DNA of 64,000 nucleotides, taken from positions 1,154 to 65,153 of the forward strand of contig JASDTD010000045.1 in assembly GCA_041441395.1 (NCBI GenBank), read 5' to 3'. This DNA is from Bacteroidales bacterium (GTDB lineage Bacteria > Bacteroidota > Bacteroidia > Bacteroidales > UBA932). The notes beneath the pieces were generated by a model. The model saw nothing but the letters and a program-made list of their open reading frames with translations. It was not told where the DNA came from and ran no database searches. Positions 1-8,128 of the stretch are shown here, one piece after another. Each line of letters opens with the position of its first letter. Within the stretch, counting starts at the first letter, position 1. Position numbers and translations under genes: made by a program.

Positions 1-159
1 CTCAAGTGCCAGGCACAAATCTTCAATAAACAGATTCACATCTTTGTGAGTGTCTGTTCTTATTGATGTTTGTGCAAGTACTGTTCCCTTTGTGTCAACT
101 ATACCCAATTTACTGGTCTGACCACCAATGTCTATTCCCGCTACATAAGGTTTTTCCAT
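1..159 (-). CDS. ROK-family sugar kinase (glucokinase-like), N-terminal fragment running off the window edge
   Basis: Manual translation from ATG at 159: MEKPYVAGIDIGGQTSKLGIVDTKGTVLAQ..., with the ROK GIDIGG phosphate-1 motif; lies directly downstream of the MFS sugar permease. Confidence 0.85.
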   Translation of the reverse strand, partial: MEKPYVAGIDIGGQTSKLGIVDTKGTVLAQTSIRTDTHKDVNLFIEDLCLALE

Positions 160-173
160 ATCTTTTCTTTAAA

Positions 174-1463
174 TTAAGCTGTCTTAATATCTTTATTTAC
201 GTTTTTATGTCCGGCAATTGCATAGAAGAAAATGTATAGTACTCCGGCAAGTACCAGAAAATAGCTATTCATAAAACCTGCCATATCAGCAATCCATCCC
301 TGAACTGCAGGTAATATACCTCCCCCGCAAACCATTGTCATAAAAAGACCTGAGGCAGCTGCAGTGTATTTGCCAAGTCCTGATGTTGCAAGGTTAAAAA
401 TACTTCCCCACATAACAGATGTACAGAGACCAACAAAAATCAGGAACATGATTCCAACAGGGACCTCTGCCATCCCGAAAGAGATATCGGATTTAAACAC
501 CGGCATTTTAACAATAACATCAACAGGCATAAAAATGCCAAATAACACCAGGATTATTGCAATAGAAGAGACAGTGGTAAGCATCGTTTTGCTGGAAAAT
601 TTTGAGCCAAGTATGCCTCCGGTCAATCTGCCCAATAGCATCAGGAACCAGTAAGTTCCAACTACTGTGCCTGCAACGGAAGGGTCCAGACCCATACCTC
701 CTGATTCTAATCCGGATGTAAGAAACAGATTAGCAATGTTTGGAATGCCAACCTCAACTCCAACATAAATAAAAATTGCTATCATCCCAAGTACAAAGTG
801 GCGGAATGAGAGTGCACTATGGGGATCCTTAACCCTCTCTTTTTTCTCTTTAGATATAAAAGGCTCGGGTATATCAACGAAGTACAAAACAAAAAAGGCG
901 AGAATAAATATACCCATGGCAAGGAATAGCGCCGGATTAGCCTTGGCTATGGTTCGCATACTCTCATCTGTTCCCATCAGATATCCAACAAGCACAGGTA
1001 CTATTGTAGCCCCGATTGAATTAATTGATCCTCCAAATTGCAAAAGTTGATTTCCCTGTCTCTCATTTGATCCTAAGCCATTTAGCAGTGGATTTACGAC
1101 AACATTAAACATTGTCATTGCAAAACCGGTAATGAATGCTCCCAGAATATACACAGCAAAATTCTCAACCTGTCCTGAGAAAAATGTGGTCCCAACTCCC
1201 AGGAATCCTACAATAAGTGCAGTCAGAGCAGTTTTTTTGTATCCTATCTTCTGAAGCATCATACCTGCGGGGATTCCCATAAATGCGTATGCAATAAAAA
1301 TTGCAAAATTCCCCAGCTGGGATAGAAAATTAGTTGCTCCAAATTGATTCTTTACTATTACACCCATTGGGTTTTGCAGCCCTGTAACAAAGGCTATCAT
1401 AAAGAACAATGCAAACATCATTGCAATTGGCAATGCGTAACTTTTTTTCTGGTGGTTATTCAT
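174..1463 (-). CDS. MFS sugar:H+ symporter, FucP/GluP/NagP family
   Basis: About 12 hydrophobic segments; KIGYKK loop, FIYVGVEVG and SVMWGSIF motifs typical of FucP-family permeases. Confidence 0.9.
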   Translation of the reverse strand: MNNHQKKSYALPIAMMFALFFMIAFVTGLQNPMGVIVKNQFGATNFLSQLGNFAIFIAYAFMGIPAGMMLQKIGYKKTALTALIVGFLGVGTTFFSGQVENFAVYILGAFITGFAMTMFNVVVNPLLNGLGSNERQGNQLLQFGGSINSIGATIVPVLVGYLMGTDESMRTIAKANPALFLAMGIFILAFFVLYFVDIPEPFISKEKKERVKDPHSALSFRHFVLGMIAIFIYVGVEVGIPNIANLFLTSGLESGGMGLDPSVAGTVVGTYWFLMLLGRLTGGILGSKFSSKTMLTTVSSIAIILVLFGIFMPVDVIVKMPVFKSDISFGMAEVPVGIMFLIFVGLCTSVMWGSIFNLATSGLGKYTAAASGLFMTMVCGGGILPAVQGWIADMAGFMNSYFLVLAGVLYIFFYAIAGHKNVNKDIKTA

Positions 1464-1508
1464 TAATATATTTTTTTGAGGTTACTTATATTAAAAGTCA
1501 TTAAAGTT

Positions 1509-1547
1509 CAAAGTTAGCAAAAGGAGAGATTAAAAATGGTATTTTTG
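1509..1547. promoter_or_regulatory. Divergent Bacteroidetes sigma-A -7 elements (TAACTTTG on - at 1509-1516; TATTTTTG on + at 1540-1547)
   Basis: Both match the TAnnTTTG consensus and lie between divergent genes. Confidence 0.7.
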
Positions 1548-1564
1548 TCTTCTAAAATTGAAGT

Positions 1565-2566
1565 ATGAAGTTTAAAGGAATATATTTTTTAGTGTTTATT
1601 GTTTTAAGTAACACTTCTCTTTATGCTCAAAACGGGGATACCCTCAGAATCATAAAATTTGACGGTAGTTTAAAGACAAAGTTTGAGTATGCAACAGAGA
1701 CATCAAAATCAAGATTTTCTGTAAGAAATTCAAGAATGGGTATTTCAGGGAGTCCGTTTAAAAGTGTAAGTTACAGAGTACAGGTAGAATTAAGCAATCA
1801 AGGTAAATTTGAGGTGCTGGACCTTTCAGCAACTATAGAGCCTTTTAAAAATCTAACTTTTACTTTAGGGCAAACCTCTATACCTCTTTATAATTCTTAT
1901 CAGACAACCCCATCTCAAATGCTCTTTGCAAACAGATCTTTTCATGTTAAATACTTTGTGCCGGGAACGAGGGATATTGGATTGTCAGGACACTATACAA
2001 CCTTAGTCTACGGAGTCCCTCTCGATTTAAAGGCAGGTATATTTAACGCATCAAAAATTAATGATCCGGTTTGGACTGAGAAGATATCCTGGGGAATGAG
2101 TGTAACTGCAGGTCAAATGAGAGGGCTCAGAGCCTCTGCTAAAATTTATAGGTATCCTGCCGGTGAAAGAGATCTTTTTGTTTGGGGAGGCGATGTCAGA
2201 TATGGTGGAGATAGATATAAACTTGAGGCTGAGTTTTTAAGCAGAAAGAACCTTTTTGACAATCAAATTTTAAATTCAGCTTCTCTCCAGGGTGCTTACT
2301 CTTTCCCTCTTAAAAACACAAGGATTTTTAAGGATATTACCCCTGCTTTAAGATGGGATATGATGGGCAGAACAGATAATGATAATCTTATTGACGCCGG
2401 CAGAATTACTGCAGGCCTTTCATTTGGTTTTGACACAAAACCTTTCTCCTCTTTGTTGAGAATAGATTTTGAGAAATACACCGTAAACAGAATGCTTCCG
2501 GAGCTCAACCTTTACGAGGAGATGGATTCAGATAAACTTACTATTGAACTTCTAATTGTTTTTTAA
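1565..2566 (+). CDS. Outer-membrane porin, phosphate-selective porin O/P-like
   Basis: Signal peptide; RFSVRNSRMGISG strand motif; alternating beta-strand pattern; C-terminal Phe. Confidence 0.75.
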   Translation: MKFKGIYFLVFIVLSNTSLYAQNGDTLRIIKFDGSLKTKFEYATETSKSRFSVRNSRMGISGSPFKSVSYRVQVELSNQGKFEVLDLSATIEPFKNLTFTLGQTSIPLYNSYQTTPSQMLFANRSFHVKYFVPGTRDIGLSGHYTTLVYGVPLDLKAGIFNASKINDPVWTEKISWGMSVTAGQMRGLRASAKIYRYPAGERDLFVWGGDVRYGGDRYKLEAEFLSRKNLFDNQILNSASLQGAYSFPLKNTRIFKDITPALRWDMMGRTDNDNLIDAGRITAGLSFGFDTKPFSSLLRIDFEKYTVNRMLPELNLYEEMDSDKLTIELLIVF

Positions 2567-2578
2567 TACTCTATTTCT

Positions 2579-4168
2579 ATGAAAAACTTCACTGTTTTGA
2601 TTGTAATTATGATACTCTCATTTGGATGCAGAGAGACAATTAATACCCTTTCAATGGTAGATATTAATGAAATGAAGAGGGTGACCAGTGAGATCTCTTC
2701 AGACGAATTTGCCGGAAGAATGCCATTTACCGATGGTGAAAAACTATCAGTTGAATACCTGGCAAAAGAACTTGAAAAAATCGGTTTTGAACCCGCTTTT
2801 GGTGATTCCTATTTTCAAATGGTTCCAATGGTAATGATAACATCATCAGTTAAAGGTGATGTCCAATTTAAAGTTAACGGGAAAACTATTCAGCTTAAAG
2901 CGCCCGATCAGATTGCTATAAACTCACCACAAACATTGGAGAGAGTATTAATTAACTCTTCCAAACTTGTGTTTGCCGGTTTTGGAATTGACTCAGATGA
3001 GTGGAACTGGAATGATTATGAAGGTCTTGATCTGAAAGGTAAAACGGTTATTGTTATGATAAATGATCCGGGATTATATTCCGGGGACTCATCACTTTTT
3101 AAAGGCAGAGAGATGACATATTTCGGCAGGTGGACATACAAATTTGAAGAGGCAGCAAGAAAAGGGGCGGATGCTGTTCTGATAATTCACGAAACAGAGG
3201 GTGCCGGTTACGATTTTAATGTTCCGAGAGGTAGTTCTATTACACCAAGATTTTTTATTGATGATAATGGTGCATCAAAAAGGTCTCTTGCAAATGGATG
3301 GCTTAGTGCAGAGAGTGCCGGAATTATATTTAAAGAACTGGGTTATGATATAGATTCACTAAGATCTGCTTCTGCCAGGAGGGGATTTAAGCCATTTGAG
3401 TTGAATGCTACATTTTCAGCAGAGATTTCAAATAAAATTGTGAGAAACAGCTCTACAAATGTTGCCGGGATACTCAAAGGAAAAATAAAACAAGAAGAGG
3501 CAGTTATTATAACAGCTCACTGGGACCATTTTGGTGTTGGAGAGCCTCAGCATGGTGATTCAATTTACAATGGAGCGGTTGATAATGGAACTACAATGGC
3601 ATGGGCTCTGGAGATAGGCCGAATGTTAAATAAAAGCGGAGAGAGTCCGGAGAGATCTGTAATTATACTATTCCCAACAGCAGAGGAACAGGGATTGATT
3701 GGGAGTGAATTCTACGCTCAGAATCCTGTGATTTCTATGGAGAATACAATTGCCTGTCTTAATAATGATATGATGGTGCCCAGAGGAAGGATGAGAGATG
3801 TTACAATGATAGGATACGGTTATTCTACTCTTGATTCTCTCTATGAAGTGATGGCCTTAAAGCAGGACCGGTATCTTTTGCCTGATCCAAACTCACACAC
3901 TGGTCTCTTCTTCAGAAGCGATCACTTCCCGTTCTTTAAACGAGGAGTTCCCTCTATATGGGCATACGGATGTTATGATAGCAGGGAGCATGGAAAAGAG
4001 TGGGCTAAGTCAACCTGGGATGATTTTATTGCAAATGTTTATCACAGACCGGCTGATAATTTCAATCCCGAATGGGACTGGAGCGGAGTAGCTGAGGATG
4101 TCTCTTTAGCATATGATGTAGTAAGAGAGTTAGTGAAAATTGACACTCCCAGACCAAAAATTAAATAG
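2579..4168 (+). CDS. M28-family Zn aminopeptidase with PA domain, probable lipoprotein
   Basis: Lipobox-like SFGC; AHWDH, GAVDN, AEEQG, NNDM, RSDH and YH metal-binding/catalytic motifs. Confidence 0.9.
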   Translation: MKNFTVLIVIMILSFGCRETINTLSMVDINEMKRVTSEISSDEFAGRMPFTDGEKLSVEYLAKELEKIGFEPAFGDSYFQMVPMVMITSSVKGDVQFKVNGKTIQLKAPDQIAINSPQTLERVLINSSKLVFAGFGIDSDEWNWNDYEGLDLKGKTVIVMINDPGLYSGDSSLFKGREMTYFGRWTYKFEEAARKGADAVLIIHETEGAGYDFNVPRGSSITPRFFIDDNGASKRSLANGWLSAESAGIIFKELGYDIDSLRSASARRGFKPFELNATFSAEISNKIVRNSSTNVAGILKGKIKQEEAVIITAHWDHFGVGEPQHGDSIYNGAVDNGTTMAWALEIGRMLNKSGESPERSVIILFPTAEEQGLIGSEFYAQNPVISMENTIACLNNDMMVPRGRMRDVTMIGYGYSTLDSLYEVMALKQDRYLLPDPNSHTGLFFRSDHFPFFKRGVPSIWAYGCYDSREHGKEWAKSTWDDFIANVYHRPADNFNPEWDWSGVAEDVSLAYDVVRELVKIDTPRPKIK

Positions 4169-4170
4169 AT

Positions 4171-4635
4171 ATGACTGTAAACACAATTATTACACCAGCA
4201 ACATTAGATGATTTACCAAATATGGTAGATTTTCAGCTTAAAATGGCCTCTGAAACGGAGGGCTTAGAACTTGATAAAACAGTCCTTGAGAGGGGTATTG
4301 AATCTGCGCTTAATGATTCCGGCAAAGCAAGATACTTTATTGCAAAAAATAATGATAAGACGGTTGGAATGTTAATGATAACTACCGAATGGAGTGACTG
4401 GAGAGCGGGATGGGTTTGGTGGATTCAATCGGTATATGTAATACCGGAAATGAGAGGAGAGGGGGTCTTTGGTGCATTGTACTCATATGTAAAGGAATTG
4501 GTTACGGAGATGCATGATGTTATGGGCATTAGATTATATGTAGATAAAAGGAATGTGAAAGCCCAGAAAGTATATGAGGCTGTCGGTATGACAGGGGAGC
4601 ATTATGCTACTTTTGAGTGGATGAAGAATTTTTAG
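4171..4635 (+). CDS. GNAT-family N-acetyltransferase
   Basis: VYVIPEMRGEGVF acetyl-CoA motif A; N-x-x-A-x-x-x-Y-x-x-x-G motif B. Confidence 0.85.
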   Translation: MTVNTIITPATLDDLPNMVDFQLKMASETEGLELDKTVLERGIESALNDSGKARYFIAKNNDKTVGMLMITTEWSDWRAGWVWWIQSVYVIPEMRGEGVFGALYSYVKELVTEMHDVMGIRLYVDKRNVKAQKVYEAVGMTGEHYATFEWMKNF

Positions 4636-4637
4636 GA

Positions 4638-5003
4638 ATGCATAAATTCAGACAGCCTTTAATATTTCTTGCCGGTTGCGCATCTCTTGCCCTCTCCTAT
4701 TATATTGGGATGGGATTAAGCAGGATTGCTTCAGGTTATATTTCTCCCCCTGTGGCAGGAATGTTAGTACTCTTTATTTTTCTCAGATTAAAACTGGTTA
4801 AAGAGGAGTGGATTAAAGAGCCGGCAGCTCTTTTTCTGGATAACCTTATGTTATTTTTTATACCCGTAACGGCCGGAGTTGCCCTTATCCCTTTTTCTTC
4901 AGTGCAGAAAGATGCAGTATCAATTGTTATCGCTGCAACAGTAAGTACATGGATTGTTCTTTGGGTCGCCGGCAAGGTTGCACAGAAAATTGACAGACGA
5001 TGA
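4638..5003 (+). CDS. lrgA: CidA/LrgA-family membrane protein (start taken at ATG 4638)
   Basis: PPVAGMLVLF and LMLFFIPVTAGV motifs; ATGA overlap with lrgB. Confidence 0.85.
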   Translation: MHKFRQPLIFLAGCASLALSYYIGMGLSRIASGYISPPVAGMLVLFIFLRLKLVKEEWIKEPAALFLDNLMLFFIPVTAGVALIPFSSVQKDAVSIVIAATVSTWIVLWVAGKVAQKIDRR

Positions 5004-5701
5004 AAACAAAAATTTTACTGGAACTTGGTTTCATCTTAATCACTTTAATCTCATACCTGATTGGAAGGGTAGTCTACACAAGGACTAAATGGATGATCTT
5101 TCACACAGTTATTGTTGCAACAGCTGTTGTTATTATTATATGTTCATTTTCTGGAGCGGGAATGGAACTATACGAAGAGAATACACGGGTGCTCAAATAT
5201 CTGCTCAATATTTCTGTTGTCGCTTTTGGATATCTTCTCCATAAACACTTCGATTATATTAAAGAGAGAGGGCTGGCCATATTTTCTGCCACTCTGCTTG
5301 GTAGTATGGCTTCATTGGTGTCCGTGATTGTACCATCTTTACTGGCAGGCTCTGATTCTACTGCAATTATTACCCTTCTTCCCAAATCGGTAACTAGCCC
5401 TATTGCGATTGTATTGTCAGCTCAGCACGGAGGTGACATCTATTTAACATCGGTAATTGTTATCATAGCCGGAATTTTTGGTGCTGTAACCGGACCCTGG
5501 TTTTTGAAAATTTCAGGAATTGACTCTCCTTTGGCAAAGGGGATAGCACTTGGATCTGCATCTCATGGAATAGGGACAGCAAAAGCTCTTGAAATGGGAG
5601 CTCTTGAGGGGGCTGCAGGGGGATTAGCGATTGCTCTGATGGGACTTTTTACCTCTCTTCTTGTCCCTCTTTTTGTGAAGCTACTTCTTCTCTTTCTATA
5701 A
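5000..5701 (+). CDS. lrgB: LrgB-family membrane protein
   Basis: LLPKSVTSPIA and GSASHGIGTAKA signatures. Confidence 0.9.
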   Translation: MKTKILLELGFILITLISYLIGRVVYTRTKWMIFHTVIVATAVVIIICSFSGAGMELYEENTRVLKYLLNISVVAFGYLLHKHFDYIKERGLAIFSATLLGSMASLVSVIVPSLLAGSDSTAIITLLPKSVTSPIAIVLSAQHGGDIYLTSVIVIIAGIFGAVTGPWFLKISGIDSPLAKGIALGSASHGIGTAKALEMGALEGAAGGLAIALMGLFTSLLVPLFVKLLLLFL

Positions 5702-6281
5702 GTTTATCATGATATTTTCTGAAGAAGATTAACATTATAAGTCCTCCTATAAGAGCCCAGAACATGTCTGCCTGAGTATCCCACTCATAGCCTTGCGTTC
5801 CAAGGAAATCATCGGCACCGGTCTCTGAAATAATTGCTGCCAGCCACTCAATCAATTCATAAATGGCGCTGAATGCCATTGCAAAAGATATTGCATAAAT
5901 TGAGTTCCAAATACCTTTTTGTAGTATTTTTCGTCTGATGAGAAATTCCCTTACAACCAATACCGGTGTGAATCCCTGTAAAAGATGACCAATTTTATCA
6001 TAACTATTCCTTCCGCTTCCCAGCAATTCTCCGATAGTGTTGAACAGAGGAACCTTAGCGTAGGTGTAGTGACCTCCGATAAAAAGTATTATACAATGTA
6101 TAAGAATTACATAATAAGTAAAATTTGAGAATCGTAACTTTTTGTAGGTTAGTCCAAAAAGCATCAGTGCAATTACTCCCGGAAGCACCTCTAGTACCCA
6201 GGTTGAGTATTTGTAAGGATTAATTCCTGACCAAACGAGCACTGCAAAGAATATTGCCAGCATCCAGTGAAACCTGTTCAT
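5649..6281 (-). CDS. DUF2238/YjdF-family inner-membrane protein
   Basis: WVLE, GGHYTYAKVP, RNSYDKIGH, YELIEW and FLGTQGYEWDTQADM motifs. Confidence 0.85.
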   Translation of the reverse strand: MNRFHWMLAIFFAVLVWSGINPYKYSTWVLEVLPGVIALMLFGLTYKKLRFSNFTYYVILIHCIILFIGGHYTYAKVPLFNTIGELLGSGRNSYDKIGHLLQGFTPVLVVREFLIRRKILQKGIWNSIYAISFAMAFSAIYELIEWLAAIISETGADDFLGTQGYEWDTQADMFWALIGGLIMLIFFRKYHDKLIEREEVASQKEGQEER

Positions 6282-6311
6282 AGTTTATGGATTTAGTTAC
6301 ACAATTTTAAT

Positions 6312-6345
6312 AAAAAAAACGGTGTCTCAAATAATGATACACCGT
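6312..6345 (-). terminator. Intrinsic terminator of the RRM gene
   Basis: On -: ACGGTGTATCA-TTATT-TGAGACACCGT hairpin followed by a T-run, just downstream of the stop at 6368. Confidence 0.85.
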
Positions 6346-6367
6346 CTTATTATTCTGGAAGTACTAA

Positions 6368-6751
6368 TTAGTAGCTTCTTCTGCTTCCTCTGTCATATCC
6401 GCCGCTGCCGCCACGGTTTCCACCGCCATTGCCGCCACGACTTCCGCCACCGAATCCGCCACCGCGGTTTCCGCCACCGAATCCGCCTCTGCTGCCACCT
6501 GTCCTCTCTTCGCGAGGCTTAGCTACATTAACGGTAATAACTTTACCATCGTATTCAGCTTTGTCAAGCTCTTCGATAGCTTTTTTGCCCTCCTCTTCGT
6601 TAGGCATCTCTACGAAACCGAAGCCTCTTGACTTACCGGTTTCTCTGTCCATGATTACTTTTGCAGATGTGATTTCGCCATACTCGGCAAACAATTCTCT
6701 GAGGTCGCCATCTTTGATAGCCCAGCTCAGGTTTGAAATGAAAATGTTCAT
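6368..6751 (-). CDS. RRM RNA-binding protein with Gly/RGG-rich tail (Bacteroides Rbp-like)
   Basis: RNP2 IFISNL and RNP1 RGFGFVEM; C-terminal GG(S/N)RGG repeats. Confidence 0.95.
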   Translation of the reverse strand: MNIFISNLSWAIKDGDLRELFAEYGEITSAKVIMDRETGKSRGFGFVEMPNEEEGKKAIEELDKAEYDGKVITVNVAKPREERTGGSRGGFGGGNRGGGFGGGSRGGNGGGNRGGSGGYDRGSRRSY

Positions 6752-6896
6752 TAAATAAACTAAAAAATAAAATAATAATTAATTGATGGAGTCACCTGTG
6801 TAATACATTATACAAAAGTCTACTTAACGAAATTTTCTACGATTAAAGTGAGATGTTTTGAATATCTGTCAAAAGAACTAAAGGCTCCATCGGCGA

Positions 6897-6927
6897 CAAA
6901 GGTAATCCTTATTTTTATATTTCCAAC
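6897..6927 (-). promoter_or_regulatory. Sigma-A promoter of the RRM gene (GTTG-N19-TACCTTTG), giving a leader of about 140 nt
   Basis: -7 element at 6897-6904 and -33-like GTTG at 6924-6927 with canonical spacing. Confidence 0.7.
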
Positions 6928-6975
6928 TTTTTATAAATTGATTTGCATAATATTATGGGCTATCTTTGTCCAGTT

Positions 6976-8076
6976 ATGGTTAAAGAGGTCAAGAGCAAAA
7001 AGATAGAACATCTTTTTAAAACGCCGATAATTCAGCAAACTGCTTATTGGTCAAAGGTTAAGAGCCATTTTGGGATGCAATCAATAGCCTTTGATTTTTT
7101 CGTGTATAAAGACGATGAGGTTATCTTAAGGGATTTGGTAGTCTTTATTAAAAATGTCGATAAAGATTATTCTGTGGCGTATGTTCCATATGGTCCCGAG
7201 ACTGAACCAATAAAGGAGGAGCAGGGGGCCCTTCTGGAGGCGTTGTCTGAGCAGTTGAAAGAGTATCTGCCTCAGGGTTGTATAATGATAAGGTATGATC
7301 TTGTATGGGAATCTATTTGGGCAGATGATCCCGATTATAAAACGGATCAGGGTATATGGCTGGGTCCGCCATCCAGGGGAGCTCAGGAGATACGGTTTAA
7401 CTACTCTACAATTTCCGGTAATTTTAGAAAATCGCCTACAAATATTCTTCCCTCTAATACTGTGTTGGTCAATATAGATTCACAGGAGGCTGAAATTCTG
7501 GGAAGGATGAAGCCTAAGACAAGGTATAATATTGCTCTTTCTGCAAGAAAAGGTGTAAATGTGAGGGTTGCCGGGCTGGAGAGTATGTCAGTTTGGTATA
7601 ATCTTTACAAAGAGACTGCAATAAGAAATAACTTCTACCTCCATTCAGAAGATTATTTTAAAGTGGCTTTAACAGAAAAGGCGGGAGATTCTCTATCACC
7701 TGCAGATGTCTCGCTTCTGATTGCTGAGTATGAATCTATTCCACTGGCGGCAATGTTTCTTGTTGTAACCGGTAACAGAGCAACTTATCTTTACGGAGCA
7801 TCCTCCTCTCTTCACAGACACCTGATGGCTCCGTACTCAATCCAGTGGAGAGCAATGACTCTGGCAAAAGAGAAGGGTTGTATCCAGTATGATATGTTTG
7901 GAGTCTCTCCGGGAAATGATACAACACATCCAATGTATGGATTATATAGATTTAAAAGTGGATTTGGTGGTTCTTTATACCACGCAATGGGATGCTGGGA
8001 CTACCCCCTTGACCATAAAATATACCCCCTTTATATAGCTTCAGAGATAAAGAATCAATCATATCATCTTACTTAA
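6976..8076 (+). CDS. FemAB/FemX-family aminoacyl-tRNA-dependent peptidyltransferase (start ATG 6976)
   Basis: QTAYWSKVK, YVPYGP, MKPKTRYNI, YLYGASS, YDMFG and GLYRFKSGFGG motifs; TATCTTTG promoter at 6961-6968 just upstream of this ATG. Confidence 0.85.
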   Translation: MVKEVKSKKIEHLFKTPIIQQTAYWSKVKSHFGMQSIAFDFFVYKDDEVILRDLVVFIKNVDKDYSVAYVPYGPETEPIKEEQGALLEALSEQLKEYLPQGCIMIRYDLVWESIWADDPDYKTDQGIWLGPPSRGAQEIRFNYSTISGNFRKSPTNILPSNTVLVNIDSQEAEILGRMKPKTRYNIALSARKGVNVRVAGLESMSVWYNLYKETAIRNNFYLHSEDYFKVALTEKAGDSLSPADVSLLIAEYESIPLAAMFLVVTGNRATYLYGASSSLHRHLMAPYSIQWRAMTLAKEKGCIQYDMFGVSPGNDTTHPMYGLYRFKSGFGGSLYHAMGCWDYPLDHKIYPLYIASEIKNQSYHLT

Positions 8077-8078
8077 TA

Positions 8079-8104
8079 AAGACGGCCGGTTAACCGGCCG
8101 TCTT
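8079..8104. terminator. Bidirectional terminator between the fem gene and DUF1015
   Basis: Perfect 26-bp palindrome AAGACGGCCGGTTAACCGGCCGTCTT flanked by A-rich and T-rich tracts between convergent genes. Confidence 0.85.
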
Positions 8105-8128
8105 CTTTATAAAGTATCTTAAGTTAAG

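Noticed and set aside
6400-6500. Short GC-rich repeats as a possible CRISPR array
   Set aside because: Irregular codon-level Gly repeats inside a CDS; no spacers, no cas genes.
6322-6758. + strand ORFs rich in His/Arg/Cys or Pro (6322-6522, 6429-6758)
   Set aside because: Antisense shadows of the Gly-rich repeat in the RRM gene.
8079-8104. Perfect 26-bp palindrome as a REP element or recombination site
   Set aside because: Single copy, between convergent stops with A/T tails; fully explained as a bidirectional terminator.
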